Positions 24,691-35,880 are shown, numbered from the whole stretch's first letter. The stretch is 63,683 nt of DNA, filler included, from Choristocarpus tenellus KU-1152 (GCA_964200185.2; 10 parts of 10 records of this genome joined end to end with filler, not necessarily neighbours in it); one strand, 5' to 3'. The notes: generated by a model not told the origin, from the sequence alone. Numbers and translations are program-made.

Positions 24691-26898
24691 CTCCCCCACG
24701 AGAGTACAGGCAATGAAAGAGTTGCTGGAACTCTCAAACATCTTATTCTGCACACTCCCCATTCTACACACTTGCCCATGAAAATGGAAGTAAAAGACGT
24801 CAGATTGGTTCAATTCTCACACACATCACATTTTTCTTGTCAACGCAATAAAAGAATGCAGATTACTTCAATTTAACACACGACATTCATCTAGTCAACA
24901 CAGTGTCTACAAAGGCTTCTACCTGCTTCTTGCGTAATCTTTTGGTCAAGATGTCTCCAAGTTGGAGTGCCGTGGGAATATATTTTACGGTAAAAACTCC
25001 TTTGCTAACATACTCCCTGATGCATTTGAGCTTGATGTGGACATACCTTGTCCGTCCATTGAAACCCTTCAGTTATCGCTGCTTGTATCGCTCCTCGATT
25101 GTCTCCATACCAAACCGTGACCCCTTTGAGTATGCCCAGCTCCCCCAGGATGCCTCTGAGGAATATTGCATGTCTCATTCCATGCACCATCGCTGTCCAT
25201 TCCGCCTCTGATGAAGATGTGGTTACAGCTCCGTGCATCTTGGATTTCCATGCAACAGGTGCTCCATTGATGAGTATTAGATACCTGGTCACGCTCCGCC
25301 TTGATGTAGTGTCATTGCCCCAGTCTGAGTCTCCATACCCGACCAGGCCCCCATAGTCCATTTCACCACCAGCAGGATAGTGTATCCCTACTTTCGTGGT
25401 GCCCAATAGGTATCGTAGAAATTGTTGCAGCCCTTTCCAGTGTCGATCACATGGAGATGCTGCATATCTTCCCAGTTCCCACACACTGTTGGATATGTCT
25501 GGTCGTGTCATCCCGACTAGGAACATAAGTTTCCCCAGGATGGTGCGGTAGGGTTTGTGCCTCTGGTCCAGCTCCTCCTGGTCAGTTCTTCTTGCCCTCA
25601 GGTCCATTCCTGGGTTTAGAGGGGATGAGGGATTCCGTACTTCTGCAGATCCCATTCCTTCTCGAACAATGCTCCCTGCATAGAAATGCTGGTCTAGTGT
25701 GATGCCAGCCTCATCCCTGGTGATTGCCACCCCGACTAACTTGTCTGGGGTCCCGAGGTCCCGTCCTTCGTACTTGGTAAGCAGATTGTTCTTCATCCTT
25801 GTTATTTCTTCGTGGTAGTTTCCAGTCAATGTGATGTCATCCATGTAGTGAAAAAGAACAGCAACCCTTCCATCTTCACTCCTTTTGACATACAAGCAGG
25901 CATCAAAGTCGCTAACACTCCACCCCTCAGCTAAAATTGTTCCCTTTAGCTCCTTGTACCACTCCATTGCTGATTGCTTAAGGCCATAGATGGCCCTGGC
26001 AGCTATTACGATGGATCCATTTGGGCAGTTGTAGCCATACATCTTCATGAAGTGGTGCGTTCAGGTAGGTTTGAGTGAAGTCTAGGGAGTTGATGATCCA
26101 GTTTCTGTTAGCTGCTGTAGCCAGGACTGCTCGAATCACGTCAAATCCCACCACTGGACTAAACGTGCTGAAGTGGTCCACCCCTTCTTGTTGGGAAAAC
26201 CCCCGTGTCACCAGCCTGGCCTTGCATCTTTCGATGTCTCCATGTGCAGTCCTTTTTATTTTGAATATAAATCTGGTTTTGACTCGTCTCCTCCCTGGTG
26301 GCAGACTCTCTCCCTCACGGAAGGTTCCTTTGGTTTGTTGGCCCTCCATTTCTTGTTCCATTGCCTTCTTCCAGTGTTCTTCATCAGGCCCTGCGAGGAC
26401 TTCTGCGATGTTTGATGGCTCCTCGTGGCCTATTGAGATGTCACCTGCCATGCCCATCAAACAATGTGCATCATCCGTGCTTGATCTTAGCAGTTTCACT
26501 CTATTCTCTCCCAGTTCTTCTTATCTCCAGAGTGTAAATCCCTGTAGTCGGCCCTGGTGTTCAGCTATTCTACCTGACCTCCGCTGTCCAATAGGTGAAC
26601 TAAGGGGAATCGGATCGACTGCAATATCGGAGTCCCGATCAGAGTCGTCTTCACTCTCAGAATCATCCGTCGAAGTCATTGTCTCTCTCTCCCCCACGTA
26701 GTCCATGATGTGTTTGTCTGACTCGAACGTCCGTGGGCTGAGGTTACCAACTTGGCCTCTTGAGGAAGCCAGATGTGCCAGCATAATGATGTGCGATCGT
26801 GTCCCATTATTTATTCTCTTGGCGTATGGGTGGAACTTTGCGCTGGTCCCTCTCTGCTGCTTGTCCTGATGAACATAGCACTCGCTCCCCCAGGCCCG

Positions 26899-27023
26899 AA
26901 GTAGTTGAATGCAGAATAAAAACCCCATACATATTCTCATTCATAATCCGGATGTACTATCTCATTAGTTATATCTTTCATACACAAAATAAGGTACACC
27001 TCACTATTGTCCTACTTTGCACA
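26899..27023 (-). repeat. 5' LTR of the Copia element (inner end and PBS deleted)
   Basis: Second copy of AAGTAGTTGAATGCAGAATAAAAACC...TTTGCACA, fused directly to post-integrase coding sequence. Confidence 0.8.
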
Positions 27024-27607
27024 CCTACCACGGAGGGTCTGTGCTGCACGCACCTGAGTCCTAGCGAGCTTTTTTAGGAGCTGTGGACGACTGGTCTATG
27101 CCGAACACGGTGGGCAACACCCAAGATTTATTTCAGCAATTCTTCTCTTCAAAGGTGGAGAAGGGGGCTAACCTACTTCTCACTCTAACATAACTTGAGT
27201 TCTTACGGAGCCTGACGATTACAATTGAGCCTCATCATCTGTGACAAAGTACTACTTCTTCAGTTAGTGAGTATGTTGGGATCTGATTATGACGCTGAGG
27301 TATGCATGACTTCTTGGGGCTCGTTGTCTCAAGTGGACGTCAGGAAGACGATCTGTGAGAGATACATGCATCAATATCGTCAAGGATAAGCAACGTCCCA
27401 TCAAGAACGAAGAATAGCCATGCTCTCCTCGTTGCAGGAAGTTCAACGGTTGGTAATTCAAGATATGAAAAGAGTCGGCCTCATCGTAACGGCCAAGGTC
27501 ATGGAAGGGGTCATAAATTTCATGGAGTAAAGAAGAAGAATGGTTCTAATTCTAACCCTAAACGTTCTGAGAAGATTCCTTGTGAGAGGTGTGGGAAGAA
27601 TGGACAT

Positions 27608-27700
27608 GAGAACCAAAGTATCTTAGATGGTAGGGTCACGTCCATTTGGGGGCCAAAATCCAATGTTACGATTTTGATGTAATTTTGGCTATCATGTTTT
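27608..27700 (-). mobile_element. MITE family A, truncated copy
   Basis: CCAAAGTATCTTAGATGGTAGGGTCACGTCCATTTGGGGGCCAAAATCCAATGTT is the reverse complement of the family A 3' end. Confidence 0.8.
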
Positions 27701-28250
27701 GTTTTGCTCACGAATTCTGGATTATTATTATTATTTGCTTATTCCTTGTTTGCCATTCCTCTATTCTCCATTCCCCATTTGAAGATCAACCATTGCTAGT
27801 GCCCTTCGTCAATTGTTGCCAGCCATCCCTCACATTTGATGGCCAACCAGTGCGAATGCCCTTCGTCACTGATTTCCAGTCATCCCCCACCTTTCAGCCC
27901 CACACAAGTTACCACTCCCCTCAACCCCACAGCACTTCCCACACCACTCCACAATCATCCAAGAACACCCCTTCATGATCCACTTCAAACCGTGCCTTTG
28001 AGCTAGAAGACATCTACCTCGCCGTAACTTGACCTCCCCTCACCTTCAGGGTTGATTTCTTTCTAGCTCATCCCCTTACCTCTTTCCCTGGTTATACCCA
28101 AATCCTTCCTACTCTCTGTCAAGCCCTTTGACGCCAACACTGGGTCCCTCTGGTTATCCCTTACATATCCCATAAAGACCCTCGACTTCCATCTTCCCTC
28201 CCTCTGTATTACCAATTCCGATACCCCCATGTTCGCCAATCTCGTGGCTC
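27698..28250 (+). repeat. Dispersed non-coding repeat (family D), copy 1
   Basis: Shares GAATTCTGGATTRTTATT and CATCCAAGAACACCCCTT...CCACTTCAA...CTAGAAGACAT...AACTTGACCTCC with ~49520-50300 (reverse). 3' boundary approximate. Confidence 0.7.
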
Positions 28251-28329
28251 CCCCTAACTGTTACAGGCAAATAGCATGTCTGCCTTTTCGCATTCCAACC
28301 AGTGTGAGTAGCCTTGTTATGACATTTAC

Positions 28330-29010
28330 TATCTTATGTGGTTTTTAGACATTTTTGTTTGTATTTGAGACATGATTTTGTCTTCTATGTTTGTGTATAT
28401 AGTTCTGAAGGGTGAAGAGTCTAGGACAACACCCTATTTTAGTACTATTGTAATTTTGCATCCATATTCATTTGTATTGATATTTGTGAGGAGGGAGAGT
28501 CTTACTATGACACTCCCTACTTTCCTTAGTCTTTTTGTTGTATGTTCTTTGTTTGTGGGTAGAGCAAGCCTTTATATGGCAGGACCTTGTTTTTGGTTGT
28601 GACTGTGAGACATCTTGGTGTCCAATAATTTGTGTTTATAGCTGTGAAGGAGGACAGTCTAAGCAGTACCCTATTTCCATGTTATTGTAATTTGGTACCT
28701 GTATTCTTTTTTGCTGGTAGTTGTGAAGAGGGAGATGCTCTCTATTGTTATTTTTGTGGTATATATTCATAGTTCCTAGCAAGGGTAAGCCTTGCAATGA
28801 CAGCACCCAATCTCTTTTGTGACTGTGAGTCATGGTCTTAGTGTCCTGTCGTTTCTGTGTTTTAGTTCTGAAGGGGGAGCTTCCATGGCAATACCCAAGT
28901 TCAATGCTACTATGGTTTTGTGTCTGCATTTGTGTTTGTTTATCTTGGAAGGGATGGAGTCTTTTTAGACAGTACCCTACTTTTGACGTGTGTATGAGAC
29001 TTTGGTGTAG
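28330..29010. repeat. Degenerate ~80-bp tandem repeat
   Basis: Recurring TAGTTCTGAAGGG...CAGTACCCTA.TT motif at ~28400, 28638, 28863 and 28945. Confidence 0.55.
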
Positions 29011-29651
29011 GGTTTTTTCTTTTGAACGTTGAGTCAAATGCAGAGTAAGTGCCGTGAGGTGCGATTGTCGCGCTAACATATCTGTCGTCAGGGCAAACGT
29101 TGGAAGGGTTTATTCCCTCCAGATTTCCTCCTCCGCTGGATCCCCAACGCTGCCTACTGATATGTTAGGACCTGGAAGTGACATTCATTTCATTTCTGCT
29201 GCGTTCATGATAGGATGAGGAGTGACATCATATCTNNNNNNNNNNNNNNNNNNNNNNNNNNNNNNNNNNNNNNNNNNNNTTAATTAATTAANNNNNNNNN
29301 NNNNNNNNNNNNNNNNNNNNNNNNNNNNNNNNNNNCAGATCCCACGGATACGGTCGGGGGGGGGCGTGCCCCTGTGGGGGGGGGGGGGGGGGGGAGGGGG
29401 TATGATACTCAGCGGCCTGGCCTACCTAGTGCTGAAAGAAAATACTGTTCACTTCGTCTGTGATTTTGCACACACACATACTACATGGTCACCCGAAAAT
29501 CAAGTATTTGGTTGACAGGGTTGCTAAACGCGGGCTAACTATCTCAACTTAGGTTGAATAGGAGGACACAGAGAGATCTTCACAACAGCTGTAACCCAAC
29601 AAGAGGAGGAGTAGAGCGCCACCATCCCACCAACGTTGGCAACTACCTCAC

Positions 29652-30550
29652 CTTTTTGTACATTTTGCGGATCTCTGCTAGTGACACTTCTTTCTTCTTC
29701 GTCTGGCGTTTGATAGCTTCTTCGAGCTTGTGCTGAAAATATACCTTATCGTACAGCATGCACTCAACCACACTCTCGGTCACGTCGTTGAATGCTATAG
29801 GTGTGGCGGTGCAGTGGGCGAACGGGGCAAGGGGTAGGTGGGAAGCGGTCACGGGACACACGTGGCATGCAGTAGTGAGTAACATGTTGCTGCTGACAGA
29901 AAGACCACGAGGGATAAAAAAGATCAACAATGAAAAGATCAACAACGGGCTGACTGACGATGAACCAAACAAAGGAAACACGGCAACAACTTAGTAGATC
30001 AGAAGAGTCATCAGGTATCATGGAATAATGACAACACTCAACTTACTTAGTTGCTTAGTTGAGCAGAAGAGTCAGGCGATCATGGAAAAACAACAACACT
30101 CCATCACTCACCGTTGTCAATTAGCCTCTCTTCTGCTTGGTTGAACTCCATGTAGACCAGCATCATGAAAGTGCGTTCGTGATCAAACTCTCTCTTCAAC
30201 ACCGTTATTCTATGGTTTCCGTCCAGTATTCGTCCTTGAACGAAAAGCGCAGTGTCGGCGGTGACCTGGTCCCCGTTGCCTAAGCAGTCTCTTTGGATGA
30301 CGATGGACGGAGCAAACTGCTCCAGCCAGCCTTTTTCACAGATAGACTTGCTGACGGGCGCAAGGCCACGCTCGCTCAGGGGACACACCATCTCTGTGCA
30401 CGTGATGTTGCCGAGTTTCATCGTGTACATGCCGAGGTAGTGCTGTTTGAGGAGCGAGGACATGCCCTTGGCATTGCTGTCCAGCGCGCTCGATCCGTGG
30501 GAAGCGCCATTAGCATGCAGGGGGGTCGTTGTTGAGCGAATGTTGGACAT
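29652..30550 (-). CDS. Spliced ParB/Sulfiredoxin-domain protein (ParB NTD plus following helical region), 3' end missing
   Basis: Exon 1 30550-30112 (GTGAG donor) joins exon 2 29794-29652 (TAG acceptor, GTGAG donor) in phase 1. Product reads ...PLSERGLAPVSKSICEKGWL...PSIVI...RILDGNHRITVLK...VYMEFNQAEERLIDNA/FNDVTE...VSLAEIRKMYKK, matching the ParB SI..xG, DGxHR and downstream N pattern. Confidence 0.78.
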
Positions 30551-30683
30551 GGCGAAGATTGGGAAGGTGTGACGGGGATAGATAAGAAAGAGCTGCTAGT
30601 GGTATGTGCGGAAGAGAAGGAATGGAAATGAGGAGTGAGGGCTGGGAGGTGCTGCTTTATTTCATCTGGTTCGTCAGTCCCCA

Positions 30684-31232
30684 AAGAACTCAGATTTCTC
30701 TTTCCGTTGATAATTGTGTTCCAAAAAATATTAACATCGAACAGTATACGATTTCATATTTACAACAGATAGAGAGTATCAGTTTTTTGTGACCTTTTCG
30801 TTTCGGAACATTCAAACGTATTAGATCAACGAAGTATGTGGTTTGTATTTTTATTTGTTGATGTTAAGAATAGAATATAATTTTTATTTTATAAAAACCA
30901 GAATACACATATTTTCCAGAACATGGATTTCAGGCTGGTCCGACGGATCACTTGAAACTCAAAGTTCTCTTTCCGTTGATAATTGTATTTTTTTAAATAT
31001 GAATGTCGAACAATATACGATTTCATATTTAAAACAATTAGAGAGTATCAGTTTTTTTGACCGTTTAGTTTCGGAACATTTGAAACGTATTAGATCAATC
31101 AAGTATGTGGTTTGTTTTTTTATTTATTGAAATTACGAATATAATCGAATTTTAATTTCTAAAAACCAGAATACTCATATTTTCCGGATCATGGATTTCA
31201 GGCTGGTCCGACGGATCGGTCGAAACTCAAAC
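30684..31232. repeat. Tandem duplication with 268-bp period between the ParB-like gene and the transposase
   Basis: ATGGATTTCAGGCTGGTCCGACGGATC at 30923 and 31191; TTTCCGTTGATAATTGT at ~30701 and ~30970. Confidence 0.9.
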
Positions 31233-31400
31233 ATTGTTCATACGCCCATCTTCGAATTCAATTCAATCGTGCCCAAGACCGCCAGTTGTCTGAAACCAGA
31301 TTAGAATCTAGTTTTTATTTCATCACAACAAGAATAAACGCGTTTTCCAGAACACGGATTTCATTTTGGTTTGACGGGTCTCTTCAAACTCAAACATCGT

Positions 31401-34400
31401 ATGCCCGGCTTTGAATTCAATTCACTCCTAGACCTTCTCACTGCCCAAGACCGCTTGTTGCCTGAAAATACCGTGACAGTTGCTCCCACAGCAAGGGGGT
31501 GGCTTTTGTCGCCTGCGCCGCCCCCTGCGTTGCCCCCTCATCAGCCCGCCAACAATGATGCGCTGGAGCTTTCTACCAATGATGCTTCAGTGACCGACGC
31601 CAAGCTTCGCCGAGAATGGGCTGAACCCATCCCGGTCAACGAACAGAGTGATTGCTGCAAACGCTTAGCCTGTGTGTGAAGAAGTTCGTGGCAGATAGCG
31701 AGTCCTTCCTTGCCCGCACGTTGGCCAAAGAGCAGGACATCATCCGGGTGTGTGAGAACCGCTGCGATTGCAAGCACTTCGTTGGCAACCATGTACCCGT
31801 GATTAAGTTGGGGCCTGGAGGCGGATCTATGCTCGCGGTCGGCATTCCCATTTGTACGCAGTTTTTCAAGGCATCGTTTGGAATATCCAATCATGTCATC
31901 GACGCTTGCAAAGGTACACCTAACGCAAGAGGATCCTCCAGCGTGGAGAGGTGGATTTGACGTATGTACACAGTGTTATTTGTACCCGGTTATATTTTCG
32001 CCTGCTTGATGATTGAACAGTAGTCCTATCTCAGAGGAATGTAATCCGACCGTACTCACCACATTCAGTTTGCAGTTACCACGCCTAGATGTTTGATGTA
32101 CAAAGTTAGAGATCCCTCCAACGTGGAGTTATGTGATATATGTGCGTGTATATATATGTGTGATATGTTTATTTATGCTTCGACAATATCATCTCATCCG
32201 TCCCCGCGCTGCTGCAGCAGTTACCACGCGTAAATATGTACAGAATTAGAGATCCGCTGCCGGCCTAAGATTCCTCTACGATTCCATCCCCCGTCCCTTA
32301 TATCCATCCACCTCCAACACAACTCCCATCCATATATACGTACGTGCGCTACTACAACAGGAACGGCACGAACAAAGAGAAGGACATGACTCCGAAGGGA
32401 GATCTGGTGATGTCCTGGATAGACTACTGGGCTGATACATACGGGCAGTTCATGCCTCACAAGACCGCAATTGCGATCTATGCCGCGAACAAAGAGGTGA
32501 GTGAAAGTATCTTAGAGTGTACGATTTTTGCCCTGTTTGTCCATTTGGGGCTTGGCTTCCCACAGGTGTTTTATGACATTTTGTCTACTCCGATATGTTT
32601 CGGAGTAGGTAAAATTTATACGCTATGAAAAGGTGTGTGCGGAACAAGGATATTGACGCCTCCAAAAAACACGCTAGTCAAAATTACATCAAAATCGGAA
32701 CATTGGATTTTGACACCCAAATGGACGTGGCCCTACCCTCTAAGATAATTTGGCTCAGGTAGGTTTTGCCCTTGGTTGTGGAGAGGTTGGCCACACCCTG
32801 TGTTGGAGTTGGTTGCAAACCGTGTGACCAGCAGTACGTAGAAGAAGTGGATCGAAGTAGTATTTCAAGTGGTGGGTGGTTATTACTTTGACCGGTCTGA
32901 GATTATGGTTAAAAAAAATGTGAAGCTTCGTATGAAGTACTATTTTTTTTCTAATGTCGAGACTACAATGATGATGATGATACTCTTCGTCGCTTATACG
33001 GAGGAAGGCCCAGTAACTGTTATGTCACTGCTGTGTACACCTACTCTGCGGCCCCGGGCCCGGCCTGACCTTGGTAGTGAAAGTGTGTACTTCATATGTC
33101 TCAAGGACTTCGCAATGATGATGATGATGATGGTAGATTCACCTCCTTTACCTTTCTGCAAACGGCGGCGAGGCCCGAACAGAATGGGATTTCTGGCAGA
33201 TTTAAGAAGATCGTTGTATTTGCTTTTTCATTACGCACGATGTAAGCTTGCTTGATCCTGTCTTCCGTGTTGTCAGTTAAGTTATTGGTCAGCCCGCCTT
33301 CGAGAGATCGTGCAGCGGTGTTCTTCGAGTGTTCCTTCTCAATAGTTCCTCACTTGTCCACACAAACAACATTATTAATTAGGAGCTATATAAGGATTTT
33401 TTCAAAGAGGCAATACGGGTGTATCCTTATGACACTTCCAAGAGGGTAAGCAAGGCACACTTCCTCTGATTGCTCAGAGAGGACAGGCCCAACATCAGGG
33501 TGAGGGTAGGAGGCGAATTTATGAAATGTGACACATGTGTCACGTTAAAAGAGAAGTGGCACGGTGCGCCTGGCGTAAAACCCACGAACGAATCCACTAT
33601 CCTCGAGCCCATCGACAAGGAGCTGTCAGACCATCGAAAGGTAGGTGTCCAGCGTTAATTTTGCGACAATCGTACAGTAGCAACATGTTGCCGTCATTGC
33701 CCCCCATTGGGTTCACATCTGTTGCCTTTTGCGAATGAAGACTCCGATGCAGGTGCTTATGGCAGCAGCAGCAGCCTCACTCAGCGCCAAACTGTTGTTA
33801 TTAGTTGCCCAAACACCTTGTATGATAGACTGTTTCCTGGTCGTCTACAACAGGCTGTGGGAGGGACATGTCATGTTGCGGTCTTCCGGCCCCGTATGTA
33901 CGTACTTGCTCCCGTGCCAATAATACTGTCTTTGCCTTGAATGCAGCAGTAAAAAATAGGAGCAAAGATAAACCTTTATTGTAACCTACACTCGATTTTT
34001 GTCACATACCTGGTATGTGGCCATTCTTTTACACCTCTAAGCAGGTTTATTTGATTTATAGACGTGATTGCTCTCCCCCGTTCGCCAGATTATCCAAGCG
34101 GATCGGCTGGTCATCGCCAAAAACACCAGCAGCGCCATGCGGGCAAGCCGACAGTAAACCTCTCAGCTTCGTGTTCATGTCTGTAGATGTGGCGAACCAG
34201 ACATCCCACGCCCTCCCAGCACTTTACCCACCTACCCACGGCAATGACAGGTAACCACACGCACGCATAGTCCATTTGTCAACAAATTTGCAGCCGCACC
34301 CAGAACAGAATAGACCACCCTGTTTTATTCAATGAATGAGTGCAAAGTCCCAAGAAATAACCCCCAAAACAGATGCACATATTTCCACTACCTATTCCGT

Positions 34401-35050
34401 TCATCATGGTGATGATGCCCCGTAACACCTTTCCTTACACCTTTCTTTGGTTCATGTCCTTATTATCAGGGGCTACTCTGAGCGCCAGAAGATCATGGCC
34501 GCACACGTCGAAGGCCAGTTTGCGGAGGTGTTCTTCACTCCTATCAATCTTGGAGGAGGTACGTATTGTGGGCTGTGACACAACAACCACACGACCAAAC
34601 AGATGCTGCTTGCACATGCACCACTTGATTTACCGTCATGGTGAGGGAACCCGCCGCAGGTTAGATACCCGAGGACGAGTACATCCTTGCAGGATTTGCC
34701 TACAGATACCGTAGGCCTAGTGAACAGTCGATTAATTGATGATGCACTGTGCTCCCCTGCCCTCCAACGCCTCAGCTTCGGAAGGACGAGAGGAGCATAA
34801 CAGCTATTCAAGGAGGAGGGAAACCGACAGATATCTATATCAGCCATTCGGGTGTATGTGCTATACATTGCAAAAACACATTCCATTACCCCTCTCTTTA
34901 GCTCCAAGTAAACAATGCGTAAGCAAGCAGAGTACTATTTGCCAACTAACGACAGACATTATCGTTCACGCAGGTTGTAACCTTGTCTGCACAGCCACCC
35001 ACCTTGCCTTCACAAGACTTATCGACAAGTACCACAACACCCTTGAATAA
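31401..35050 (+). pseudogene. Sola-type (DUF7869-like) DNA transposase, 6 exons, disabled and 3'-truncated
   Basis: Phase-consistent exons ~31401-31950, 32361-32496, 33383-33640, 34089-34250, 34470-34558 and 34974-~35050. Motifs: CCKRLAC, ICTQFFKASFGIS, SWIDYW..GQFMP, KEELYKDF, EFMKCDTC...LSDHRK, FMSVDVANQTSHALP (first catalytic D region), GGGCNLVC. Lesions: frameshifts at ~31675 and ~34125, stop at 33467. Confidence 0.72.
32499..32756 (+). mobile_element. MITE family A, complete copy inserted at a splice donor of the transposase
   Basis: GAGTGAAAGTATCTTAGAG ... TACCCTCTAAGATAATTTGGCTC; TSD AGGT at 32495-32498 and 32757-32760. Confidence 0.9.
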
Positions 35051-35399
35051 ATATTTATAACTAGTGGAAGAAGACGCATGTATATGTATGTATTGTATAA
35101 TACAATATGTAGTGTATGATACATATAAGCATGCCAAACCGTTACCGGCTCCCCCCCCGGGGGGGCCGTCTGTCCTTGTACCTTTGGCTTGGTCGAGGTC
35201 ACTTCCAAACCGTATCGGTACCCTCTACAAGCACCGAAATATTTTTGGCCAAAAAATACATGCACTTTCCGCGCACCATTCTGGGTCTTGCCCATCCTCA
35301 ATAAAAAGCTCCATCCTCAATTTTGATGATCGGCTGTTACTTTATCCATAGAAATATGGGAAATTGTAAAAGATTGAAAAACTGCCTTAAAATGCAAAA

Positions 35400-35880
35400 C
35401 GACCAAAACTTGGGTGCCTCTCGTTTATTCTCAAATTCTCTTCCTTGGTTAGAGTGTAGTGTTTCAGGAAGACCAAAGATGGAAAAAAGACGATCGACAA
35501 GAACTTTAGCCACGTTTTTTTTCTTTTTCATTTGCAATGCCGGTCGGCTACCAAAATCTATCTCTAACGCGATAAAACGTGTGCTTGAAAACAAGATGGC
35601 CTGCAACTTTATGGTCATGTAGGGCATGTAAAATGGAATTCAGGACTTCTGTTGGGGTTACTAACTGATCGCGAAATTCTCCATTTTTACGAAGGTGACA
35701 AGGCAGGTAAAATCGGTAGGGTAAGAGTTTCTTCTCTCGCTCTTGTGTGAAAAAATATGATATGATGTAGGTCATTTCCTTATTGGATACTGTTGCATTA
35801 CTCGGGTCTGCCAGGTATTGAAATTCTGCTCCAAACTGATCATGTTGGGCCTTGGCTAGAACTCCAGTATCAATTACTGG
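35400..35880 (-). mobile_element. Gypsy integrase fragment
   Basis: LHDHKVAGHLVFKHTFYRVRDRFW (H2C2 region) joined by a deletion to VAKVLVDRLFSIFGLPETLHSNQGREFEN (core). Confidence 0.8.

Larger units (their letters stand above)
24563..27023 (-). mobile_element. Ty1/Copia LTR retrotransposon, internally deleted
   Basis: RT/RNase H in 26499-25978 and 26048-~24900 (frameshifted): KARLVTRGFSQQEG, YGLKQS, YMDD, GYGDSDW, SSSEAEW. Post-integrase WGSECYVH near 26890. Direct repeats at 24563-24690 and 26899-27023. Confidence 0.92.

Noticed and set aside
30104-30550. Bacterial/plasmid contamination as the source of the ParB-like ORF
   Set aside because: The gene has canonical spliceosomal introns, and its contig carries the host's family A MITE.
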